Assembly (NCBI GenBank): GCA_045111335.1 | Contig: JBGUGE010000076.1 | Coordinates: 85,945-149,944, forward strand | Direction of reading: 5' to 3' | Length of the DNA: 64,000 bases | Source: Alphaproteobacteria bacterium | GTDB taxonomy: Bacteria; Pseudomonadota; Alphaproteobacteria; RF32; CAG-239 | The notes under the pieces: model-generated | Databases searched by the model: none | Seen by the model: the letters and a program-made list of their open reading frames with translations, nothing else | What the model was told of the DNA's origin: nothing | Program-made: the position numbers and the translations under genes | Shown here: positions 46,435 through 55,300 of the stretch, piece by piece | Numbering within the stretch: the first letter of the stretch is position 1 | Layout: each line of letters begins with the position of its first letter

Positions 46435-48072
46435 ATGAGAATGAGCGTTAAAACACTGATATTGATAATGATGGGAATATTACTTTCCGGTAACGTTTAT
46501 GCCGCGGGTTTGGTCACCGACGACAGTCTGGACCAATCGGCCGATCAGGCTCAGGGAAATTATCAATCCATGAATCTCGGATATGCCGGTTTCGGTTCTA
46601 TCGGTATGTTTCAGGAGGCATGGCAGGATCCTTTGCAAAATTTGGGCGAGGGACAAAGTAAACCGGCTTATTCTAAGTATTACTGGTCGCCGGACTTGGT
46701 ATTGCCTATCAGATTACGTGAAGGTATGATTACATTGTTGAATTTTCCGGAATGGGAATTGATTGAACATGTGTTTGTCGGCGATACGGGAACTTTTGCC
46801 GGATACATCAATCCGCCTAACACGGTTATGTTGTATCCGAAACAGGGCGCAACCGTCGGCAACGATACCAACGTGATTGTTATCGGTCGCTCCGGCAACA
46901 AATATGTGTTTTATGCGCGCAGTGAAGGAATTAATACCGAAAGGATTACCAACTCCATCATAGATATTGATGTTGTCGGCGACGGCACATCGGGAGGTGG
47001 TCCCAGGGGTGGCGAGATAGCAGGCGGCAGCGGCCGTGTAAGCGCTGTGGGATTTGGTACCGGTGGTCTGGAAAAAACGGCAGATGCTACGTTTACTCGT
47101 CGGTTTTTGAAGGAAGATTGGTTGAAAAGTATACCGATGGATCCGGAAAAATTCCGCTTTGATATCGAAATATATGTGCCTAATCCGGATGATGTGATTA
47201 TTGCCCCGGAACGCGCTTGGCATGATGATATTTTTACCTATATCGATTTGGGAGAAAAGGCTATTAATATGATACAGCGCCCGATTGTAACCATGATTAT
47301 CGAACGCTCGGAAACACCTGTCGGTTTCAGAACCAAAGGTCCGAACAATCGGTTGATTATTGTTGAGGGCGTGGGCGATATGGTAATGCGCAGCGGCAAG
47401 CGAATGGTATGCTTGAAAATGCGTCGTTCCGATGAAGAAGGTACGCAATATGTAACCTATGCCGATACCAGCAATGAGTGGGATATCGCACCGGCTATTC
47501 CGGGTAAAGGCGGCAACAACGGGGCCGGCGGGAACGGTGCATCGGGTGCGTCCGGCGGTCAAAATCCGACCGGAGTAGGTTCCGGTAGCGCTGCGGGAGC
47601 CGGTGGAGCTAACGGAGGCGGTGTATACGTACCGAACGGTGCCAATGCAGAATCCGGCGGCGGTGTATATGTTCCGAACGGTGCCAACGCAGGCGGATAT
47701 CCGGGAGATATTGATTGCAGCGGTATGGCGCAGTTGAGCACCATTGATAGCAGCAGGGGTAAGAATTTGCCTTCGCAATATCGCTATGGCAGCGGCTTTG
47801 AAGGACAAACCTCTGACAGTCTGTCGATAGAATTGGGTACGGATTCAAATGTCAACAATCTGGAAACGTTATGGCATGATTTATCCGGTCGCTATTCGTC
47901 ACTTTTGAGCAATTATGAGCCGTTCTATTCGGTAGATACACCGGCGGACGGACAAGGCAAAGAGTTGTTCCACCTGCGGGTAGGTCCGGTCAAGAGTTTG
48001 GACAGCGGTGATGCCGTGTGCAGCCAACTCGGCAGAAACGGTGTATTTTGTAGTGTAGTCAGGGTGCAATAA
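46435..48072 (+). CDS. virB9: VirB9/CagX-like protein fused via a Gly-rich linker to a C-terminal SPOR-like domain
   Basis: Signal peptide (SGNVYA). N-terminal VirB9 block (LPIRLREGMITLLNFPEWELIEHVFVGDTGTFAG...NVIVIGRSGNKYVFYARS). C-terminal VirB9 block (WHDDIFTYIDLGEK...PIVTMIIERSETPVGFRTKGPNNRLIIVEGVGDMVMRSGKRMVCLKM). G/N/A-rich linker. The final ~75 aa (LSIELGT...LFHLRVGPVKSLDSGDAVCSQLGRNGVFCSVVRVQ) fit the SPOR pattern. Confidence 0.8.
   Translation: MRMSVKTLILIMMGILLSGNVYAAGLVTDDSLDQSADQAQGNYQSMNLGYAGFGSIGMFQEAWQDPLQNLGEGQSKPAYSKYYWSPDLVLPIRLREGMITLLNFPEWELIEHVFVGDTGTFAGYINPPNTVMLYPKQGATVGNDTNVIVIGRSGNKYVFYARSEGINTERITNSIIDIDVVGDGTSGGGPRGGEIAGGSGRVSAVGFGTGGLEKTADATFTRRFLKEDWLKSIPMDPEKFRFDIEIYVPNPDDVIIAPERAWHDDIFTYIDLGEKAINMIQRPIVTMIIERSETPVGFRTKGPNNRLIIVEGVGDMVMRSGKRMVCLKMRRSDEEGTQYVTYADTSNEWDIAPAIPGKGGNNGAGGNGASGASGGQNPTGVGSGSAAGAGGANGGGVYVPNGANAESGGGVYVPNGANAGGYPGDIDCSGMAQLSTIDSSRGKNLPSQYRYGSGFEGQTSDSLSIELGTDSNVNNLETLWHDLSGRYSSLLSNYEPFYSVDTPADGQGKELFHLRVGPVKSLDSGDAVCSQLGRNGVFCSVVRVQ
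47617..47700 (+). repeat. 42-nt in-frame direct duplication in the Gly-rich linker (GGVYVPNGANA x2)
   Basis: ggcggtgtataYgtWccgaacggtgccaaYgca occurs at 47617 and again at 47659. Confidence 0.85.
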
Positions 48073-51000
48073 ATGAGTAAAGGTCCGTTAACAAGAGCAG
48101 ACAAATATGTTAAGAAAACCGATAAAATCTTTTTATTTATCGGTATCATCTCCTTTTTGCTGTTCATATTTGTGCTTTTGTTGTTAACTTCGGGCGGCGA
48201 AGAAGAACAGCCGATAGCAAGGCTTGAAAATGACGGCATCGGTGCCGAAACGGCAATAGATGTTAAACCTACGGAAGTGCCGGATGATGTGGTATTTAAC
48301 TCTCCGGATGAAGAGGATCGTCCTATAACCCTGTCGCCGCTTGAACTGAATATGGGCCAAATCGTTTTGGGTAACGAAGCTTCAAACGTTTTAACCATCG
48401 GCACCAACGGCAAACGCGAGATTCGTATTCTTTCGGTTGAACTCGAAGATGCTCCGTTTGAAGGTTTCAGTTATGATTCTTCTAATTGCCAGAACAAGGA
48501 ATTGCGCGGCAAAGTAACCTGTATGGTAACCACCAAATGGGTCCCGACAATGGCAGCCAATGTTCAGAGTAACTTTAAAATCATCTGGCACGAAACCAAC
48601 ATTTCGGCGCAAAATGCCAAGCACGACGAGGTAACGGTGCGGGGTAGTGCGGTTACTAAGGAAAATTGTAATTATTGCGACACCGGTGATGCAAGCGGTT
48701 CCGGAGATGTGGCGGCAGACGGCGTGCGCTATGCCGTAGGGCCGGACGGTAAAATAATCGGAACCATAGGTGATGACGGAATTGTGCGTGATGCCAACGG
48801 TCGCGAAATCGGCCGCATTAATGCCGACGGTATGATTGTTGATGCCGAGGGTAATATTATAGGTGTTGCCTCAAACGGTAAGTTGATTATTGATGAAAAC
48901 GGCAATGTTATCGGCTATGTTGATGCCAACGGTGTGGCTTATGATATGGACGGTAATGTTATCGGCAATATGCTGCCGGACGGCACAATTGTTGACAGCA
49001 GCGGAAAGATTATCGGTAAAGCGGTGGATTACGGTATCGCCGTTGATGCCAATGGCAATATCATCGGTAAGGTTTTGCCGGACGGAACGGTGGTTGATGC
49101 CGACGGTAATGTTATCGGCAGACTGGATGCCAACGGAAATGTGGTTGACGCTAACGGCAATATCATCGGTCGGGTGGCCAAGGCCGGCGAAGTTGTGCTC
49201 GATGAAAACGGCAATATTTTGGGTGTGGTTATGCCGAACGGAGATGTGGTTGACGCCGACGGTAACGTTATCGGGCGGATGAATGCCGACGGCACGATTA
49301 CCGCACAGGAAAAAATAGGTAAGCGCGGCGGTCAGGCACAGATGGTGTATGACGAAAACGGTAATATCATCGGTTATGTTGACCAAAACGGTATGGTGCG
49401 CGACTTTAACGGCAATATCATCGGCAAGGTAGATGAAAACGGTAACGTAATTGATAAAAACGGCAAGATTATCGGTCATGTCAGCGATGAATGGCGTGAT
49501 TTGGCACTGGATAACGACGGCAATGTTATCGGTTATATTGATGAAGACAATATGGTACATGATGCCAACGGTAATATTATCGGCTATGTCGACGAAAACG
49601 GCAATATTATAGGCAATAAGCCTAAAATTAACGTGGTCGGCACGGTTGGCGGTAAAGTTAAATTGGTGGTCGACGAAAACGGTAATGTCATCGGCTATAT
49701 TGATGAAGACGGGATAGCTCACGATCTGAACGGTTCGGTTATCGGCCATGTTGATGAAAACGGTAATGTTATTGATGAAAACGGTAATATCATCGGATAT
49801 CAACGCGATTTGGCCGTAGATGATCAGGGTAACGCCATCGGTTATATTGATAACGATGGCAATGTTTATGACTTTGACGGTAATATTATCGGGCATATGG
49901 ATGAAAACGGTAATATTATCGATGAAAACGGTAATGTAATCGGCCGCAAGGGTGAAATGCGCATTGCTTTGGATAAAGACGGCAACGTTATAGGTTTTGT
50001 TGATGAAAACGGCGTGGCACACGATTTTGACGGAGCTTTTCTCGGAACGGTAGATGAAAACGGTCAAATTATTCGCAAAGATTATTCCGGTGATGTCATC
50101 GGACACGTCAGTGAAACCAAAGAACTGGTACTCGATGAAAACGGCAACGTTATAGGATTTCTCGATGATGACGGTAATTTGATTGATTTTAACGGCAACC
50201 GCGTCGGTCATGTCGATGAAAACGGGAATATTGTCGATGGTGCGGGTAATATCATCGGTCGTCACGGCGACAGAGCGGCATTGGCAACCGATTCCGAAGG
50301 CAATGTGGTCGGCTATGTAGATAAAAACGGTTTGGTACGCAAAGGCAAGGATATTGTAGGAATCGTCGATCCTAACGGTAATGTTCGGACTATCGGCCGT
50401 CGGGTTATCGGCGGAATTATCGATAAGCAATGGCTGCCGATTACGCCGGCCGGAGAATTGCTCGGTGTTATCAATAATCGCGGCGAAATCGTTAACCAAC
50501 AGAAAGTTGTGGGCAAAATGCGGCCGAACGGCTTAGCTACCGATATGTCCGGCGCTAAAATTTTAGCCAAAGGGGTTAAGCAGGGTTATATCGTGAATTG
50601 GGGCTGCGATTACAGCTTGAAGCTCGATAAGGACGGTGTGGTGCGCCGCGACGGTCAGGAAACCGGCTATAAAGTATATCCGGACGGCACGGTATGGACG
50701 CCGGAAGGTATGTTTGCCGGTCGCGCCATGATGACGGGAAGTGTTTATGATAACGATTGTTCGTACATCGGTGAAGCGGCGGCTGACGGGTATGTGCGTG
50801 ACAGCAACAATCAGGAAGTCGGTTGCATAAATCCGGACGGCACGGTTTTGGATTTGGAAGAGCCTCGCATTAAAGGACATTTGGTAAACCGCAGCTTTGT
50901 TATTTCGGCTACAACATGGAAACCGATAGGTATTTTGGATGAAAGCGGTTTGGTTCGTGATAAGTTGGGTGAGGCGGTAGGTTGTGCCGATTCTTTAGGC

Positions 51001-52308
51001 GATGTTTATGACGCTGATGCGGCATATATCGGTAAAGTCGCCGACGTAAAACAGGTTTACGGTTTTGACGGCAAGCCGCTCGGCGAGGTAAGTAAAACCG
51101 GTTCGGTTGATTTGGCGGACGGCCGTTCGGCGTATGTCAGCATTAACAATTTGGTGATGGATCGCAACAATAAAATCTATGGTTTTGCCGTACCGGAAAT
51201 CAATATTTTCTATGATTCTACCGGTCGCAGAATCGGTCATCTGTTTGCCGACGGTTTGGTATATGATCCGTCAGGCGCGGTGGTAGACGGTATTAACAGC
51301 GGCGATATCGGATATTATAACGGCATAATAGCCAAGGTTGTTCGACCGTTGTATGTTGTGGATACTTTGGGTAATGCCATCGGCAGAGTAAATTACGATT
51401 TATCGGTGGTTGATTATAAAGGTGCCCGAATCGGCAGGGTTAATGCCAAAGGACAAATGTTTGATGACGGCGGTCGTTTGGTCGGCGGTGTGGTTAAACA
51501 GGGCGGTGTTCGCAGTTATGACGGCGCTTTCTTGGGTTATGTCGTTTCAACCGGTAAAGTGATTGAATTGGAGAATATTAAGGACGGCTCGTCACGTAAA
51601 TATCGTCGCGGCGAAGTAACCGGTAATGTTACGCCGGACGGATTTATTATTCATGAAGATAAAATTGTGGGAGAGGTCTTGCCGGAGAGTGTAATGCTTG
51701 ATGTTTACGGCAATCCGGTGGGGCTGACCAACAGCTTCGGTATGATTATCGGCAACAACCGCAAAGATATTACCGCTTTGCTGCCGGGCGGAGGTAACAA
51801 CAGCAATTTGGTGGCGATGCAATATGGTGCCGTAATCAATTCTGCCGGCGAAGTTATAGGTACGGCGGCAATGAACGGCGAATATTTGGATACCAAGCAT
51901 ATTATGGCGGGGAAAGCCATGCCTGATGGTAAAGTTATCAGCACGACCGGTAAGTTTTTGGGTGAAGTTATCAGCGGCGATATCGTAATCGGCAACGACG
52001 ATCTGATTAAAGGTACGGTCGGTTTTGACGGCAAAGTTTTCCATAACGGTAATATTATCGGCAAAATTCTGACGGACGGTTTGGCTATGGATACGCAAAA
52101 CAACATTATCGGTCACGTATATGTCATCGGCAATACAATTTTATCCGATACCGGTGAATATGTCGGCAGATTATCAGCAAACGGACGCGTTATTTCCGGC
52201 CAAAACAATGAAATCGGATATCTTAAGAGTAACGGCTCTTTTGTTGACGCCGATAAAAATGTGTCGGGATACAGCTTGCCGGAAGTGGCTCGGAATAGGA
52301 GGAATTAA
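48073..52308 (+). CDS. 1411-aa membrane-anchored protein: TM, Ig-like module, then ~1200 aa of G-N-[IV]-I-G type repeats
   Basis: The ATG abuts the virB9 stop (TAAATG). TM IFLFIGIISFLLFIFVLLLLT. An Ig/ASH-like segment (ITLSPLELNMGQIVLGNEASNVLTIGTNGKREIRILSVEL...CMVTTKWVP). The rest is 10/20-aa units such as VDANGNIIGKVLPDGTVVDADGNVIGRL. Confidence 0.85.
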   Translation: MSKGPLTRADKYVKKTDKIFLFIGIISFLLFIFVLLLLTSGGEEEQPIARLENDGIGAETAIDVKPTEVPDDVVFNSPDEEDRPITLSPLELNMGQIVLGNEASNVLTIGTNGKREIRILSVELEDAPFEGFSYDSSNCQNKELRGKVTCMVTTKWVPTMAANVQSNFKIIWHETNISAQNAKHDEVTVRGSAVTKENCNYCDTGDASGSGDVAADGVRYAVGPDGKIIGTIGDDGIVRDANGREIGRINADGMIVDAEGNIIGVASNGKLIIDENGNVIGYVDANGVAYDMDGNVIGNMLPDGTIVDSSGKIIGKAVDYGIAVDANGNIIGKVLPDGTVVDADGNVIGRLDANGNVVDANGNIIGRVAKAGEVVLDENGNILGVVMPNGDVVDADGNVIGRMNADGTITAQEKIGKRGGQAQMVYDENGNIIGYVDQNGMVRDFNGNIIGKVDENGNVIDKNGKIIGHVSDEWRDLALDNDGNVIGYIDEDNMVHDANGNIIGYVDENGNIIGNKPKINVVGTVGGKVKLVVDENGNVIGYIDEDGIAHDLNGSVIGHVDENGNVIDENGNIIGYQRDLAVDDQGNAIGYIDNDGNVYDFDGNIIGHMDENGNIIDENGNVIGRKGEMRIALDKDGNVIGFVDENGVAHDFDGAFLGTVDENGQIIRKDYSGDVIGHVSETKELVLDENGNVIGFLDDDGNLIDFNGNRVGHVDENGNIVDGAGNIIGRHGDRAALATDSEGNVVGYVDKNGLVRKGKDIVGIVDPNGNVRTIGRRVIGGIIDKQWLPITPAGELLGVINNRGEIVNQQKVVGKMRPNGLATDMSGAKILAKGVKQGYIVNWGCDYSLKLDKDGVVRRDGQETGYKVYPDGTVWTPEGMFAGRAMMTGSVYDNDCSYIGEAAADGYVRDSNNQEVGCINPDGTVLDLEEPRIKGHLVNRSFVISATTWKPIGILDESGLVRDKLGEAVGCADSLGDVYDADAAYIGKVADVKQVYGFDGKPLGEVSKTGSVDLADGRSAYVSINNLVMDRNNKIYGFAVPEINIFYDSTGRRIGHLFADGLVYDPSGAVVDGINSGDIGYYNGIIAKVVRPLYVVDTLGNAIGRVNYDLSVVDYKGARIGRVNAKGQMFDDGGRLVGGVVKQGGVRSYDGAFLGYVVSTGKVIELENIKDGSSRKYRRGEVTGNVTPDGFIIHEDKIVGEVLPESVMLDVYGNPVGLTNSFGMIIGNNRKDITALLPGGGNNSNLVAMQYGAVINSAGEVIGTAAMNGEYLDTKHIMAGKAMPDGKVISTTGKFLGEVISGDIVIGNDDLIKGTVGFDGKVFHNGNIIGKILTDGLAMDTQNNIIGHVYVIGNTILSDTGEYVGRLSANGRVISGQNNEIGYLKSNGSFVDADKNVSGYSLPEVARNRRN
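48715..50440 (+). repeat. Most regular part of the coding tandem-repeat array (~30/60-nt units, with seven ~150-nt higher-order units from ~49342)
   Basis: ga[tc]gaaaacgg occurs at least 14 times between ~48.89 and ~50.22 kb. Protein-level units have the form L-x-[LV]-D-E-N-G-N-V-I-G-[YF]-[IV]-D-E-D-G-x-x-H-D-x-N-G-x-x-I-G-H-V-D-E-N-G-N-[IV]-I-D-E-N-G-N-[IV]-I-G. Confidence 0.9.
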
Positions 52309-52310
52309 TA

Positions 52311-55300
52311 ATGTTGAGAATAGTACGGAACATCAAAAATATATTATTCTTAGCAGCTCTCCTTCTGCCGTGGCGCGGCTACGCGGCGGAAATCACCGCT
52401 ATTGACTTTAACGGTAATATCATCGGTCAGGTTATTTCAACCGGTATGGTTATCAATCCGGACGGAGATAATATCGGTACGATTACGGCGGACAGTTTGA
52501 TTATAAATTCCGGCGGTACGATAATCGGCGGTGTGGTGCCGCAAGGTATTGTCATCGGGTTGGATAACCGGTTGCTCGGAAAAATTTATGCCGACGGCGT
52601 GGTACGCAGTTTGAGCGGCAAAACCCTCGGTAAGGCTTTGCCTAACGGTTTGGTTATTGACGATATGTCAAACATTATCGGTGCGATTTTATATCCGGGC
52701 ATTATTTATTCGCCAAACGGCGAGGCAATCGGTCGGCTAACCGGCGGCGGCGAATATACCAAGTTGGAAGGCCAGCATATAGGCTTTGTTTCGGCCAACG
52801 GTTATGCTTATCGCAAATCGGGCGAAGATTATGTCTTAGACGGCAAGTTGATGTCATCTAAAATGGTGGTTTCGGTTGCAGGCAAGTTTTTAGGCAGTAT
52901 TGCTCCTACCGGACAGATTATTGATTTTGAAGGCAAGGCCATCGGCAAAATTCATGCCAACGGCTATGCCTATGACGCACAGGATAAGGTAATCGGCAGC
53001 ATTATTTCCACCAGTTACGCTTTTTCGCAGGCCGGCAGTTATATGGGTATTGTTGGATATAACGGCGAAGTTAAATCCGGCGAAAAAGTTGTGGCCAGAT
53101 ATCGCGCCGACGGCAACTTGGTGCGCGATACGGGGGATGTTGTCGGTTTTGCGGTCGAAATATCGGCCACTGCCAATGATAATTATGGAAAATATTTAGG
53201 ATATATCGTGCCGGACGGCAATATCGTTCACGGCGGTAAAGTTGTCGGCCATGTCGGCGCTAAAGGTTATGTTTATAACGATAAAGGCAATAAAATCGGT
53301 GAATTGGTTAAAACCGGTCCGATTTTCGACAGCTTGGCGCGCCTTAAAGGTCAAAGTATGAAAAACGGTCGAGTGATTTCTTTAGGCGGCGGCAATATCG
53401 GTCAGATGTCCGGTTCTTGGGCTTATGATGCCAACGGTACGCTTTTGGGCGGTACCGTAAATGATATGATTGCCCTTGACGGCAGCAAGTTTATCGGAAT
53501 CTCCAATATAGATGCGGGAATCACCGAAGGGGCAACCAATGCACGCATTTCACCGTTTGGCTATGTAATCGGTGCGGACGGCAAAATTATGGGTTCCGGC
53601 TATGCGTTGTCGGCGGTATACGGTTCGGACGGAGTGTTATATTCGTATATTGACCCGAACGGTGGGTTGTATCGACCGACAAGCAACAATTTCCTGAGCG
53701 GTTCGGGTATTGTTTATGACGACCGGAATTTTATCGGTGAAGTCTTAAATCCGCGCTATGCGTTGGATTATAACGGCAAGCCGCTCGGCAAATTTGCCAA
53801 CAGTAACCTGATTTTGAACAATAAGAATGAGGTAGCTTATAAGGTTATTCCGGGCGGGTATGTTGTAGAAACCAAAGATAAATTATCTCCGATGACAACG
53901 CCGATTAAAGGTTTTGGCGGCAATAAGATCGTGGCTTTGAACACCGGTGGCGATTTAATCGGTTATGCCGACAGCGAAGGGCGCGTTATCGGCACTAACG
54001 GCGAAGTGGTCGGTCAGGTTTTGTATAACGAATATGTGGCCGATAACAATAAGATTGTGAACGGTAAATTGGTGCCGTTTGCCACGGTGGTTAATGATAA
54101 ATGCGCAATTATCGGTATGGTTGACGGCAAAGGCGATGTGATTGACCATCACGACGTTATCAGCGGCCATATTTTGCCGAACGGACAGGCGATTTCCGAT
54201 GTCGGTAACTATATCGGTTACACGGTTGAGCAACATGGTTTAATTGATTATAACGGCAACTTCAGCGGCACGGTCAGCGGCGCTACGGGTAGAGATTTAA
54301 GCGGCAAAATCATCGGTTGTGTCAACCGTCAGGGTATAATTATCGATGAAGAACATCATCAGCGCTACGGCGTTATTTTGCCGGAACCGGTAATGGATTT
54401 TGAAAATCAGTTATTCGGCCACGTTTTAGCCAATGGTAAGGTCGTCAATGTTGAAGATAAAACAATCGGTTATATGCAGCCGAACGGCAACGTTGTTTCC
54501 TCCTCCAAAAGAACTTTGGGTAATGTAATGCGCTATAAAGTGGCATATTCCGACTCCAATGAGTTCTTGGGAATGGTTGACAGTGCCGGTTTGGTTAAAA
54601 ATACCAGAGGTAAAATTGTCGGTAAAGTTAACTTCGACGGTAGTGTTGAAAATAACGGCGATAATATCGGTTATGCCCTGTATGACTTTTATGTTTATGA
54701 TGAAAACTTTATCGTTTACGGCTATTTAACCAAAGACGGCACAGTGTTAAGCATGGTCGGAAGCCGGTTAGGCAAACTTGACAGAGGCTTTGTTATTGAC
54801 CGCAGAGGTGATGTGGTAGCCCGCGGCAACCGTGATTATTGGGTCAGAGACGTAAGTCATAATGTAGTCGGTGAGTTACAGATGAGCGGAACGGTCGTCA
54901 GCACGGAAGGTGTAAATATCGGTTATTTGAAGGATGGCGGAGTGATTCATGATGCCGATGAAAATGAAATTGCCGTCGCAACCCGCTATCAATATTATGT
55001 TCCGTCACATGTTGAGACAGTACAGCCGCAAAAACCGGTAACCCCGAGGATAAACGATTATGAGGAGCCGGAAGAAGAAACCGATGTATCAACCTCGGAA
55101 CCGCGCAAACGACACAGAACCAAATACGGCGAACAAAATCTCGGTATTGCCATCAGTCCGGAGGGCGATTATCTCGGCTACATCGATTTGGATGGAAACG
55201 TTATCAATAATCAGGGTGAAGTTATCGGCTATACGCAGCCTGACGGTACGGTGGTGGATATAAACTATAACCCGATAGGTATGGTTGCCGATAAAGCGGC

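Noticed and set aside
46714-47808. 364-aa antisense ORF opposite virB9
   Set aside because: It overlaps a well-supported VirB9 gene. It is probably produced by the Gly-rich (GGN) region, whose complement lacks stops.
48715-50440. Regularly spaced short DNA repeats that could look like a CRISPR array
   Set aside because: The repeats are degenerate, lie in one continuous long ORF, have a period of about 30/60/150 nt without unique spacers, and translate into a coherent protein repeat. No cas genes are present.
48871-50499. 542-aa antisense ORF (plus several shorter ones at 49029-49295, 50313-50880, 51592-52116) opposite the repeat gene
   Set aside because: It is a mirror image of a highly repetitive, compositionally biased coding region. 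The plus-strand frame is continuous for 1411 codons with operon-consistent start and stop spacing, whereas the antisense ORFs have no RBS or context.
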